Of a stretch of 64,000 bases of DNA, positions 51,000 through 63,467 are shown one piece after another. The translations under genes were made by a program, and so were the position numbers. Below the pieces are notes generated by a model. That model saw only the letters and a list, made by a program, of their open reading frames with translations, did not search any database and was not told where the DNA came from. Source of the DNA: Rhina ancylostomus (taxonomy: Eukaryota). How positions within the stretch are numbered: position 1 is the first letter of the stretch; each line of letters opens with the position of its first letter. The stretch spans positions 11,497,270 through 11,561,269 of the forward strand of contig JARFYF010000036.1 in NCBI GenBank assembly GCA_030265395.1. The letters run 5' to 3'.

Positions 51000-52200
51000 A
51001 TTGTCAGAGACAAAATATTCCTTTGGGAATATTCATTAAGGTTAATCAAGGAAAGCCAACACAAATTTGCTGGCAGTAAATCATGTCTGACTGACTCTAG
51101 GGAAGTAAAAAGATAATTCAAAAGGTTCAGTAAATGATGTATACATGGACTTTCAGAAGGCACTTGACAAAGTGCTGCTAAAGAGACTTGTTAAGATAAT
51201 GGAAGCCCTTGGAATGAAGGAGAAATTAGTGGTATAAATAAGAAATTGACTCTGACAACAAACAGGTAATACTGGGAGATGAAAGTTTTTTTCCTTCATG
51301 GAGATGGTTTGGCAGGGAAGAATCCATTCCTCTTTTCATTTTTTTATAAGCTATCTAAGCAAGTGTAGGGAGCAGCATCATAATGTTGCAGAAACAAAAC
51401 ATGAGTAATGTAATTGATAATGATGAGGATAGTTGCAGACTTTGGAATTGTCACTGGATCACAGAATGGTTATGGCATGGAAAGAATCCATGCCAGCTGA
51501 ATGCAAGTGAAATCCAGCTAATCCCTCCTCCATCACTTCTTCTTTAACCTTGCAAATTACTTCCTTTCAGATACTAAAATGGTACATTTGAATCTTCCCC
51601 CTACAACAATGTATTCCAGCAGTGTTTTCCAGACCCTAACTACTGGCTTTGTAAAATATATTCAACAAGGCACTTATGTTCTTTTCCCAATCACCTTCAT
51701 TCTGTGTGCCCTTATTCTTTACCCTTCTGTCAATCGGCACAGTTTCTTGCTATCTATTTTGTCTGTACCCTTCATGATTTTAAATGCTTCTTTCGGACCC
51801 CCTTGCAATCATCTCTGTTCAGAGAAGAATGACCACAGCTTCTCCAGTCCATCCACATGAATAAATACCCTCATTCCAGCAATAAATTTGGTAAATCTCT
51901 TCACTGTCTTTACACCTTTCCAAAAGTGTGCCACCTGGATTTGGACACAATATTTCAAGTGTGCTCAAAATAGTGTTTTTGGACAATAATCAATCCTAAG
52001 GAGTCTCCACTGTACACTTCCTTCCAGTTAAAAAAAACAACCATTTGTTACTATTCTTGATCCTGTTACTTTGCCAATTTTTTAACCGTACTGCTACATT
52101 TATTCCATGGCCTTCAATCCTGATAACAAGTCTATTATGTGACATCCTATCAAAGACTTTTTGGAAGTCCAAATCGATCTGATCAAATCATATTACTGAT
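51000..52200. mobile_element. Old CR1 fragments (+ then -)
   Basis: VYMDFQKALDKV...RLVK on the + strand at ~51135-51200, and a reversed CR1 3' region at ~51450-52170. Confidence 0.65.
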
Positions 52201-53165
52201 CAAATCATTGGATTGACTGCACCCGGATTCTTATATATAATTCTTGGTACTGCATTTCAGCAAGGTCACATGGGCCTTAGAAAGCAAAGAACAGTGGTTA
52301 GTGCTTCCAGCTCACAGCCCCCAGGACGTGGGTCAGACCCCGACCTCTGATGCTGCTTCTGTGGAATTTGCATGTTCTCCCTGTGACTGGGTTTCCTCCC
52401 AAATCCTAAAGGTATACTGGGACGAGAAATGGCTACAGAAAATTAGTAGTCTTATCATCAGGGTCTTGACCCGAAATGTCGACTTTTAATTTCCCTCCAT
52501 AGATGCTGCCTGACCTGTTCTTCCAGCATTTTGTGTGTGTTGCTCCAGATTTCAGCATCAGCAGAATCTCTTGTGTCTCCCTTTTGTGGACCCAGCTCTG
52601 AATGACCTGTTCCTGGTTTAGTATGTGACTCATTGATTCCACTAAAATGATGCAGCAATCTGATTCCATCTGTGGGTTGTATGTAATGCTATTTTCTGTT
52701 GTAGTTAAGATTAAGAATTTTTGCAAAGCTACATGTCTATTATTCATTGGATCACTAATGCTCCTTGAACTTAAAACAGAACATAGAACTGAAGAATTAG
52801 ATTTTATTTTCCTCCATTTGCTTGACGTTTGTAACACCATTTTTGCTTCCTATTCTTGAGTTTCCTGGAAGTACAGTAATGTATTTCCTTGTGAGCTGGA
52901 ATGTTCTCACTTTCCAAAGCCATAAAAATGACCAAACCTATCATTTGACAAGAGTGTAATGGAATGATTTTAATCTGTCTTGTGCAGCAATTGGCTTATT
53001 GTACATTTTATGTTTCAATTAATTTTTTTTCTCGCAGTACTGGACAGCATATTTAAGTTTGATCAGGTGAAACATTGATAATGAACACTAGTTTGTCAAA
53101 CTGTGGATTTGAACCTTGAATAGCATGAAACCACAATTAACCTTTTCATTTTGCTTTTGTTTCAG

Positions 53166-53318
53166 CTGATAAGGCAGAAAATCAAGGCTTGTTTGCAGCT
53201 GCAGAACAGCAAGCTGTTTGTTTCTGTACTCGATTATCTCCTGGCAATTGGCAATTTCTTAAACAAGAATGCCGGCAAAGAAATGGCAAAAGGATTTTCT
53301 CTGTCATCTCTGCCGAAA
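53166..53318 (+). CDS. Formin FH2 exon F (post, GNxxN motif)
   Basis: ttttgcttttgtttcag|CTG...AAA|gtaagc. Translates LIRQKIKACLQLQNSKLFVSVLDYLLAIGNFLNKNAGKEMAKGFSLSSLPK, with the hallmark FH2 motifs LAxGNFLN and AxGFxLSSLxK. 153 bp, phase 0 to phase 0. Confidence 0.97.
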
Positions 53319-54993
53319 GTAAGCTGAGAGCTGATCCTACATAAGCTAAATGATACAGGATCCAGGACTTTCCTGTCACAAATGGAGGCACCCAGAAATT
53401 GCACTTCATATCCAAAGAAAGTCTGAGAAGTATTTGGAATTAGGTCTAATTCACCCTGTCTCTTACTCCATGTTAATTCTGATGGCAACTAAGTTCTCTT
53501 TGATTTTATTCAGACATCATATGAATTTTAAAATTGTAATCTTTAGGTTAAGGACTGTGAATTGTAGGATCTGTGCTGGGATATTTTAGTGCAAAATATC
53601 ACTAGCCTAACTTGGGAGTGAACCCAGTCTCATGTAAAATTGAATTTTGAGAAATGGTATGTGATGCACTAATATTGCTCGAGTTTCACACTGGGCAGAG
53701 AATTGCTATAGCTTTAAAATTATCACATAATTCACTTTAATTTTGGCAAAAAAAGAACAATTATACCATCAACTCTCTGCATCATCCAGGTGTGTGACTC
53801 AGAGCTGTGTGGAGTCAATTGGGTACCAGTTTCAAACTATTTTTCTCAATTTAACACCACCCCACCATTAATGATTTTTTCTTGAACTGCTTTGGATAAG
53901 GATTTTTCTAGACAATTAAATATCTGATGTTGTTACATTTACAGTTGTTTTTTGGAAAACAGCTAGTTAATATAAAATATAGTGAATGTTTACTGTACAT
54001 CCCAATTCATCTGTAAGGGCACTTAGCTCACTCTCATCACAAGGTTTTGGCTGGCCTCCATTGTCCTATCACTGCTTGATGACTAGAAAGTCAGCTTTTT
54101 GAAGTTCAAAATCATTGCATTCTCATGGACAGTTTCAGTCCTTTAAGAGCTGCTGGCTCTGGTTTATCTATTCACCCTGTTCCCATTATTCCACTGTCAT
54201 CTTATAAGAGGTATCCTATTTACTCACTGAATAGGAGACCCGCCTTTTAGAACAAAGTAAGAATGATTGAAGATGAGAGCACTGATCTTTTTGAGTGCAC
54301 ATCATTCTGCAAGCAGGTTGAAATATGGGTTTCACAGGAACACTTAAGACTTTAATGTCCCATAAACAGCATGCAGGAAGAGGCTGATAAATGTCATAGC
54401 TTGTAAAGTAATGTATTAGTTGGGCATGATTACAAACATTCAAGTATTTAAATCCATTTAAGGCACTTATTGCAGGTAGTCAGCCAAACAGTTTCAATTA
54501 TGAATGCAATTTAAAATGTCACAATTTCTTATTTATGAGTACTTTGTGACTTTAGTCAACTGTCACTGTCCATAAGTAGGAATTATTTTACTGGAGTGTG
54601 CAACAAATTAATGTGTTTATAATAACATCCATGGTCAGTATTTCTTATAAAATCATGAATGTCTTGAAAAGGGTTGATTTATAACTTTGCTGGAAACTTG
54701 GCAAAGGAAATGTCTATGAATATTTTTATGATGTCAACTGTACACTGCAAAGAGAACAACCATTTCCTTATGTAATGCAAATGGGAAGCATTTTGTGACT
54801 CTTGCTGAGCATTTATTGCAGATTTTGAATAATTTGGATAATAACCCACTCTTTTCTAAAGAGCTGTATATTGAAGTTCAAACATTAGTTCAGTATGTAA
54901 TTAAGGTAAATTCCAATATTTTACAGATTAAAATTATCTAAAGGCATTCAGCAATCCTCTAATTTTGTCAGTCTTGTTACCCGTTATTTATAG

Positions 54994-55123
54994 GTAGCCC
55001 ACTTGCGAGGAAAGGACAGGACATTCACCTTACTTCATGCTCTTGTGGACCAGATAATGTCACGAGAGCCCAGCTTGATAAACTTTCCCCAAGAGCTCAC
55101 AGAATTTGAAGAGATTCCTGGAG
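54994..55123 (+). CDS. Formin FH2 exon G
   Basis: ttatttatag|GTA...GGAG|gtaagt. Translates VAHLRGKDRTFTLLHALVDQIMSREPSLINFPQELTEFEEIPG (TLLH motif). Phase 0 to phase 1. Confidence 0.95.
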
Positions 55124-55212
55124 GTAAGTGGAAAATCCAAAACAAACAGCGCTATTTGAAAATGTCACAATAGCTATATTTCTGATACTGATCTGTTTCT
55201 CTTCCTTCCTAG

Positions 55213-55245
55213 ATTCCATTAAGGGTTTGATTGCAGAGGTGGATG
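55213..55245 (+). CDS. Formin FH2 exon H (33-bp mini-exon)
   Basis: cttccttcctag|AT...GATG|gtatgt after an 89-bp intron. Translates (D)SIKGLIAEVD. Phase 1 to phase 1. Confidence 0.85.
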
Positions 55246-58148
55246 GTATGTCAAGGCTTCATTTTAATATTTGAAGAGATTTTGTGGTACTGACATGGTT
55301 GATCTTCTGAATATTATAAGAAGGATTAATGTGCATTAATCCTATGAAAATGAAAAACTTTGCTGAATTATTGCTTGGAGTTTCCGTTTTGTTGTATTGG
55401 ATTAATGAGCATAGTTCAAGTGATCATAGAATTTTTATTGTTATTGCATTTGCTGCAACTGGAGTCTCTGGAATTTTTCCTTTTTGCCCTAGTTTTGAGA
55501 ATACCATACTATAAGCCTGTCCTGACCACAAAATGGGCCACGATAGCAGGATGTATTAGTCACCACTGAGAGTATCATGTTACTGGAGTCAATTGCAGAC
55601 CTACAAGGACACTCCAATGTTTAAGCTAGGTGCAGGAATAAGAGTAGACATATCTTAGACAGCTTTGAATGTAATATACTAAAGATCTAAATCAGCTTAT
55701 CTCACAAAACTAGCCAATAATAGTGAACATTACTAAAAGTTTGTTTTCAGTGCAATAGAATCAGATACTTGGAGGATTTGTATTGTGATTATTTTTATTT
55801 ATTGTTACATACATTGTCTAGCTGCCTTAATCAATTTTTCCAAGTTATCATTTCTAAATGTATTCAAATAAGTTAAAAACTACTTTTTTGCCTCCAAAAT
55901 TGAATTTTAGAGATAGAGTTTAATGTCACATACAACATCTTCAACATTAACAGCTAGGAATCCAGGCAATTTTTTTTTACCACACTGCCTGATTGTGCTG
56001 GATAATGGTAGATTCTGCACTCAGTGGTATACATTTGCGTTTTAAAGGAAACACCTTCCAAAAATTTTGCTTGAATTATTGTTTGCACCCAAACTGGAAA
56101 CTCTATGGAAATCCAAAATGAAGAATGCTTACCTCTTGGAGGTTCTATTCCTACTGCTATAATATTTCAAATTAATTTCTAAGGTCAACCAAGGAGTGTG
56201 CCTGGTATTCCTTTCTGGGTTGTCTGCATGAGAGCAGGAATTCCATGAATAGGACCTCTTCCTGCATTGGATAAATACTTAACCATTTGGCTGGTGTTTT
56301 GAAGACATTGGTGCTTGTTAATATCAACATTTCTAATTAAAAAGGATGACATATGAAAGGAAATGGATTCAAATCACTGGATGCACAGATGCTGTTCAGG
56401 TCCAGCAACCTGGGTTTAACCTTGGTTTCTGGTGCTGTCTCTGTGGAGTTTGGGCATTTCCTGCAGGTACTCCAGTTTCCTCCCATATCCCAAAGATGTG
56501 TGGGTCAGTAGGTGAATGGACCACTGCAAATTGCCTCCAGTGTATAGGTAAATCTGGGGAAAGTTGATGGGAATGTAGAGAAAAATATTCAAGGAATCGG
56601 ATTGCCCTGTGTGTCACCATAGGCTCAATGGCTGAAATGGCTCCTCCTTTGTCATAAGGAAATATGGAAAGAAGGGAGAAAAATAAGAACATCAGCTCAA
56701 ATGCAGGAAACAATGCACACTGGTAAAAGCAGACTCTGGACTAAACATCCCACTGAGATATTTTTAATTAACTTGTTCTTCCACAGTTTTATCATAAATC
56801 TTGCAGAGATATGAGCCAATGTACTTATCTAGATCTACGCTTCTCCTCAAAACTATTTATTCCTGCTTAGCAAATTTCAGTTCTGTCCAGGTATTGAAGT
56901 ATTAAAACATTTCGTCAACTGACATATTCTTCTTTTATATCATACATGAGCCTATCAACCAATGATATCTCACATAAGAATCTCAAATGAAATGGTGTTT
57001 CAGTAGGGCAAAGACACTAGTTAAGGGCAATGAAAACAAATTACAATGGAGCACAGCAATTACCTTTCACAATAATCCCTGGTTGACTCAAACAGCTTCA
57101 GATTTGCTAAGTGCCTTCATAATGGAAATCAGAACATATAATAGGAGTTACTGCTCTCTGGTGTAACGCCAGAAATGCTGCAAACTATCTGCATGTATTC
57201 TGAGGAAATTCTGGCCACACAAAGTACACGGGCCAGATATCCTATCCTGTGAACCACATAATGGAATTTTATTCTGAAGCTGATCATGTGATTCTTATTA
57301 TATGGTTTCTTTTATCTTTGATTTTGCTTGTGTACCTTCCGTGCAAATGATGTACAAAGTGCACTGACATGCTTCGNNNNNNNNNNNNNNNNNNNNNNNN
57401 NNNNNNNNNNNNNNNNNNNNNNNNNNNNNNNNNNNNNNNNNNNNNNNNNNNNNNNNNNNNNNNNNNNNNNNNNNNNAAGTGCACTGACATGCTTCGATAT
57501 GCATAAAGGCATCCATGGGCATATCACAGCGGTCTGTACAGCACCTCCACAAATTCATCTGCCCCCATGCAGACAGCATAGGCCATATGTGCATAACAAA
57601 TACAGGGCATGCTTCAGTGAGACTTCAAGGAAACCTACCTAATGACAGGACCCAACTTATGCTGTCAGCATTGGGAACACATTGCAAGAGGGTACTTCGT
57701 TGCAAAAACACTGTGACTCTTCCTCAAGGCTCCCAATGGCTGAGCAAGGGGAGGGAAGAATTAATCTGAAGTAGTATATGAACAGTTCTCACTGCACTTG
57801 TTGGTGTTTGATTTTGGTTGCATAGACTGATTTATATTTCATTACTATTCCATGAGGTGCAGTAATGTATGCTTCACTGTTCCTTTATTTGCTTTATCTG
57901 GATGCCTTACTGGGGTCTAAGAAAGACAGAGCTAGGTGCCTTGTTGCTCATGAGTGAGCTGCAACACCTCATTTGGTGCACTACAGCTGAGAATGGGATC
58001 GCAACACCAACACTCATGTGAATCAGATTAAGTAAATTTCCCATGGTAAAGCTGCATTATATCCACTGTTTTGGTGATTTTATTTTAACTCTTTTGTTAT
58101 TGATCCTCAAATAAGAATAATTGAGATCATGTATTTATCCCACAACAG

Positions 58149-58246
58149 TTTTAAAGAATGAGATGGCAAAGATCAATCTGCACAAAAAGACATTCAAGTC
58201 AAAAAACAAGAACAGCTCAGATGGGCAGTTTTACAAAGAATTGAAG
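58149..58246 (+). CDS. Formin FH2 exon I
   Basis: cccacaacag|TT...AAG|gtaatt. Translates (V)LKNEMAKINLHKKTFKSKNKNSSDGQFYKELK (D..F motif). Phase 1 to phase 0. Confidence 0.9.
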
Positions 58247-59208
58247 GTAATTCCAGGAGAAAAGTTAACTAAAAAAGCAATGATTTAAAACGTCTGCATT
58301 GCAACATTAGGGCAGACATTGAATTTAGGAGCTCTGTCAAACTCATACTATAAATAAGAAGAATTATGTACTTAAAAGGGAATTTTTAATGATTTCCCCA
58401 TTAATGTGGAATCGTAAACAATGTTATGGTTGATGTCACAAATGATCTTATTATGCCACATTAAAGGACAGGCTTCAGTGAACATGGTTTTTATGTGGTT
58501 TTCCTATTAATGAATAGGCTATGAATGTTCAATGTTCATATCAAGATGAAATGTAATATTAATGTCAGGGGTGTCCTTTCCTGCAATCTATCTAATATTT
58601 ATCACTCAACTAACATCACTAAAGCAGATTACCTGGTGATTATCATGTTGTTGTTCATGACAGCCTGCTGTAAGCAATTTGGTTCTGTACTTCCTATTTT
58701 TCAACTGTGGCCACACTTCAAAAAGTATTTCATTGTTTGTGAAGTGCTTTGGGATATCCTGAGGTCATGAATGGTTTTATAGAATTGCAAATTTTTTCTT
58801 CATTAAGACTCTGTTAGCTTAGAGTATGATACAGAGCAAACTGTGTTTTGTATCTCAAACCTTCAAAAGACGGTTACTCTTATATTAATTTTTTCAGGTT
58901 CATCTTTGTAATATTGAGACATTGATAAATGTCAGTAATTCAGCTGCTGAAACTGCCTTCAGGTCTCTCTGAAGTCCTCAGTGATAATCCTCAATATCCT
59001 TTATATATTTAGTCATCTCTGAAGCGTCACCTGGGTCTTTGACACAGAGCTCAGTCAAGGAGACTATTGTACCAGAGTCTTTCCTCATTGTGTACCCCTG
59101 GATGTAGCACCACAGAGAGTGTTCCCTTCGCCAAGCTCTTTATTGTAATGGCATACCACAGTTTATAGCAATATAGGGGAATTTGATGGTGGGCCTGAAA
59201 CAGGCTTC

Positions 59209-59510
59209 TGTCATGGTTCTGAGTTGTGGCCGTCATTTGGCTCCATTAATGCCTTGTTGTCCAGCACATGGATTCCATGCTGGACTGATTGCATAACAAT
59301 ACANNNNNNNNNNNNNNNNNNNNNNNNNNNNNNNNNNNNNNNNNNNNNNNNNNNNNNNNNNNNNNNNNNNNNNNNNNNNNNNNNNNNNNNNNNNNNNNNN
59401 NNNTTCCAGTTACTGCCTGTGTTTGTCCTGAGGAAGTATCCTGACTCCAGTGTTGTATCGGTGTGCTGCATTTGGGTTCTCTGAGTTTGCTCTCGATCAA
59501 CATTGTGACA
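59209..59510. mobile_element. Solo LTR, copy 2
   Basis: TGTCA...TGACA termini and a 5-bp TSD GCTTC (59204-59208 and 59511-59515). Homologous to 11204-11449. Has an internal 80-N gap. Confidence 0.88.
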
Positions 59511-60054
59511 GCTTCTTGCACCGGTGTGTAGTGTTAGCAACTATCATATGTGTTTTGTTTTATAATCACTTACCTCTTAAATCATTAAGGAAGCTTTCAT
59601 TTTAGTTTGAGGAATGCAAGAAATTATACATCATGCATGAGTCCAATGTCTTGGGGTATGATATTTATTCAAATATTGCTATCCTGCTGATCAGCAGAGG
59701 CAACATCAGCTTTGTCTAATTTTTATATCAAGGATTTGCCCGAGTCCCAGAGGACAAGCTTGTGGCACTACGAGAAGGAGAGAATTTGGGATGTGCACGT
59801 TCATAATGAGTTGAGGGTGGGTGTTGTATAGGATTTGAGGTTTTGGCAAAATGTTAGCTGAATGAACACGCCTCAGACTAGATTAATCTGAGAAAGTGAA
59901 GAATGTTTTGATTTGTAAGACAATTAAAACAACAAAGAAATGCAAGCAAAAATGAATATGGTTACATGAAGTAGCCTTTCCATCTAGTTTTCTGAAAACT
60001 TGTCAGTAAAATGCTTTAAGATTAAAAATAACTTCTTACTTATTTTGTTTCTAG

Positions 60055-60138
60055 TCTGTAATTCAAAAATATGAAGAAGAATTGGCTCACTTGAATAAAC
60101 GATGTGATGAAATGAAGAAACTCTACAATGATATCTTG
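60055..60138 (+). CDS. Formin FH2 exon J
   Basis: ttattttgtttctag|TCT...TTG|gtaata. Translates SVIQKYEEELAHLNKRCDEMKKLYNDIL (helical). 84 bp, phase 0 to phase 0. Confidence 0.9.
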
Positions 60139-60238
60139 GTAATATTACTAGTGACATTTTTGATTCATCTCTAGATTGTGTGAGCTACCTCTTTTTTGAC
60201 ATTAAGCTTAAATCTGCTTCTGTTGCTGTTTTTGATAG

Positions 60239-60346
60239 GTCAGATTTGGAGAACCACAAGATCGAGACTCTGAAGTTATGTTCGGATGGATCTCCTCCTT
60301 CATTAAAGATTTTAGGAAAGCTGTCACAGAACAAAACAAGTGTTGA
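60239..60346 (+). CDS. Formin terminal coding exon K (end of FH2, stop)
   Basis: gctgtttttgatag|GTC after a 100-bp intron. Translates VRFGEPQDRDSEVMFGWISSFIKDFRKAVTEQNKC*, matching the FH2 C-terminal pattern FGE...F...F...F.KA..E. TGA at 60344-60346. Confidence 0.92.
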   Translation, partial: VRFGEPQDRDSEVMFGWISSFIKDFRKAVTEQNKC

Positions 60347-63300
60347 TCAGAAACAGCTCAGAAATAATACAAACTTCTGTTGTAAGATGCTTTTTTTCTG
60401 GTGGCTTGTTCAAGTTTTTCAGAGCAGTACTAAAATTAGTCAAATTAGTAATGGTATTCCAAAATTCAATGTCCTGAAAGGTGAAATTGAAACACCAATT
60501 TGTTCATCATACTTGAAGGTCTTTATCACCACATTAATTTACATTCTTCTGTGCCACACATTATCTTAGAGAACAAATGGGTGAAATATTGTCAAGCCTC
60601 CCATCAGTGTTATTCACATGAGCTCTCTGAGGGGTGCAGTACTGGATGACTCACTGGCCTATTAATTGGATGGGAATCAATTTTGTAATGGATTATAAAG
60701 TTCATTATGAAAAGATTCAGGTGTATGGTCCAATATTCTATTACTGTCTGGCACAGATTATGTGCACACCATAAAGAGAACTCACTGTAGGCACAGTGGC
60801 ACAACTAGTAGAATTGTTGCCTCACAGCTGCAGTGGCCTAGGTTCAGTCCTGATGTCCTGTCTGTGTGGTGTTTGCATTTTCTCCCTGTCATTTTGTGGG
60901 TTTTCTCTGGTACTGTAGTTTCCTCCTACATTCCTAAAACAGGCAGGTTGGTAGGTTAATTAGCCACTGTAAGTTGCTCCTAGTGTGTAGGTAGGTGGTA
61001 GAACCTGTGGAGAGATTGTGGGGAGAATAAAAGGGTTAATGTAGGATTAGTGTTAATGGCTGCTTGTGGTCAGTGTAGACTCATTGGGCTGAAGGCCTGT
61101 TTCTGTGCTNNNNNNNNNNNNNNNNNNNNNNNNNNNNNNNNNNNNNNNNNNNNNNNNNNNNNNNNNNNTGACTGTTTGTAAAAGTGTTTTTTGTGTCTGA
61201 AAGCCTTGTCACACACACCAGGCACTATTGCTTGCAAGCCAATATACAGCCCTTCAGCTGATATGCAGAATACCTGAGTGCACTAAGATGGTGTGCTGGT
61301 TGTATTTGCGATACGGACAAGAAGTGTCAGTTTTTGGGAAAATAATGTGAAGTTATGTTTTCAAATAAAGTTGTAGGGCTTCTGTGATAAAATCATAATG
61401 TCTACCTTGAGTTTAAACTTTTGTATTGGTGGGATGAAAATATGCTTGATCTCTTGAACTGCTTAACATGCTGAATTTAAGTTTAGATAATCATGAAACT
61501 GCACAAACCTAGCTAGTACACAACCAGTGATTGCTACTAATTAACCCATTATAGTCAGCAGGATGGTTCATATTGGAAATATAAATATTATCTTGTTGTG
61601 GGGATGGTGATCTTGATGGAGGTGGGATGGAGAAAGATGCTAATTAATGCTTGACTATTCCAGCCACCTGCATTAAATCATCCTTGTTGTGATATTGTTC
61701 AAAGAATTAGGGTTAAAATATTGAAAATTATCATTTAAAACACACTGAAATATTCAATAATTGATAGACCATAAAATAAAAAGCAAAATAGTGCAAAAAA
61801 TCTTCATGTTTTGAGGTTTTATATTCATTTCTCCTGCCTTGGGATTCAGGCACTTGTCTTTGTTCAAGAGTTTGAGTGATTTTGTTCCAGACAAAAGAAA
61901 TATAGCTCCAAAGGATTGATTTTTAGAATTATTGAAGGTGCCGCTGAGCAACTATGAATACTTTGATTCCCCAAGTCTATATGATATCCACCCTCATCTC
62001 TTAACTTAATATGATTTATTGTCATTTGTAGTTGTAAAAAGCTCCTTTCTCTAGTCAGGCTCATAACTGGCCAGGGTTTCTGTTTTGATCTCACACTGTT
62101 ATCATATAAGTTTTATTGCTTTGTATTTGATTGGTCTTTTGGAATTGAATGTGTCCTTTATGTGACTGTCATCTTACCTGCACCTAACATCTTATCTGAG
62201 TCCCAAATCCCTTGTCATTCTATGCCTGTGCATGCATCTATTTACTTGTCTGCCCTTTGATAATACCTTTGAGTACTGCCCACTGTAACCCATCTACTGA
62301 AACTTTTATATTTTACCTGCTAAGTGCACTTAAACTTTTATTCAAGGGCTTGTCTAAATAGTCTGTTGGTTCCAGATAATGCAGATAGTTAGGCTCTGCT
62401 ATCTCAGTAATGGAACAGTTATTAAGCGAGCACAGCCCACAATTCAGCTATTTGATGAGACAAGGAGAGATTTACTGTGAGGTGGAGTGGAAGATAGAAA
62501 AGGAATGCTTCCTGCATTGTGATAGGAAGGTCCTGAATACTGAGGGAAAACTGAAATCCTGCTGCGCGGTGATTTGGGAGGTAGGGCTGAAAGACAGAAG
62601 GTGACAAGGTAATGTACATATGGACATTAAAAAAAAATCAGCTTCAAATGTAATTGATATTACCTGTTTCTTTTATCACAACATTGAGGTTCTATGCCTC
62701 CAGTAGCTTATTTCAGAGTCCATTACAAGGTTGGGACTGAATCTGACTGGATCTGCCTGGCCCCCCACAGCCTGCTAGATGCAAAGGGCTGAATGAGCTG
62801 AGTCCCTGCATCTGGGCAATGAGTGGTGAATCATAGCAAGGCCTTGGTAACAAGTAGGCCCCGCGGGTCTACCTGACAGCTCAAAAGTTGAAACTAACAA
62901 CTGAAAAAATTCTGAAGCAATATCTGTTTTTTTAAATTTGAAACATGTTAAAACAAAAAAACATTAAAATAAGAGGTAAAAAATAAATCTTACATTTTTG
63001 CTCCTAATTTCCAGGTGCATTTAAATAAATAAAGGTGTCAGCTGGCATAAGTTGAGATGGTAGATTTTGTAAAGTGATCCAAGCACAGTTAGACTCCTTT
63101 TAGATTCTTCATGAAGTCCATTAATGGAATGAACTCCATATGTCCCAGACTTAAAGGATCTAGGTATGTCCTAGACTTCTCTGGGATTGGTTGAGTGCTG
63201 ACAGTTCCCTTCAGAACAACCGATTGCAGCCAACCTGTTCTGACCTATGGAGTTCATAGTCCTTATCCTTACATTATCTGTGCTCCATTAACCTACTGAT

Positions 63301-63467
63301 ATAGATTTTGTAGCTATTTTCCACATTTACATCTTTAACTGGGTGAATTATTTGACATCTGACACTGGCATTCAAAAGATGGGAGAGATGTGGTCATCAG
63401 TTGTATTCACTATTTTTCCATTGAAGTCGAGAGAACACGTGTGGCTGTGAATGCAATAGATATGGTG

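Noticed and set aside
60332-60346. C-terminal Cys (QNKC*) as a prenylation signal
   Set aside because: It is not CaaX, CC or CXC, since the single Cys is the last residue.
60180-60569. 129-aa ORF MSYLFFDIK...
   Set aside because: It overlaps the true terminal exon in a different frame. The FGE...KA frame carries the FH2 motifs.
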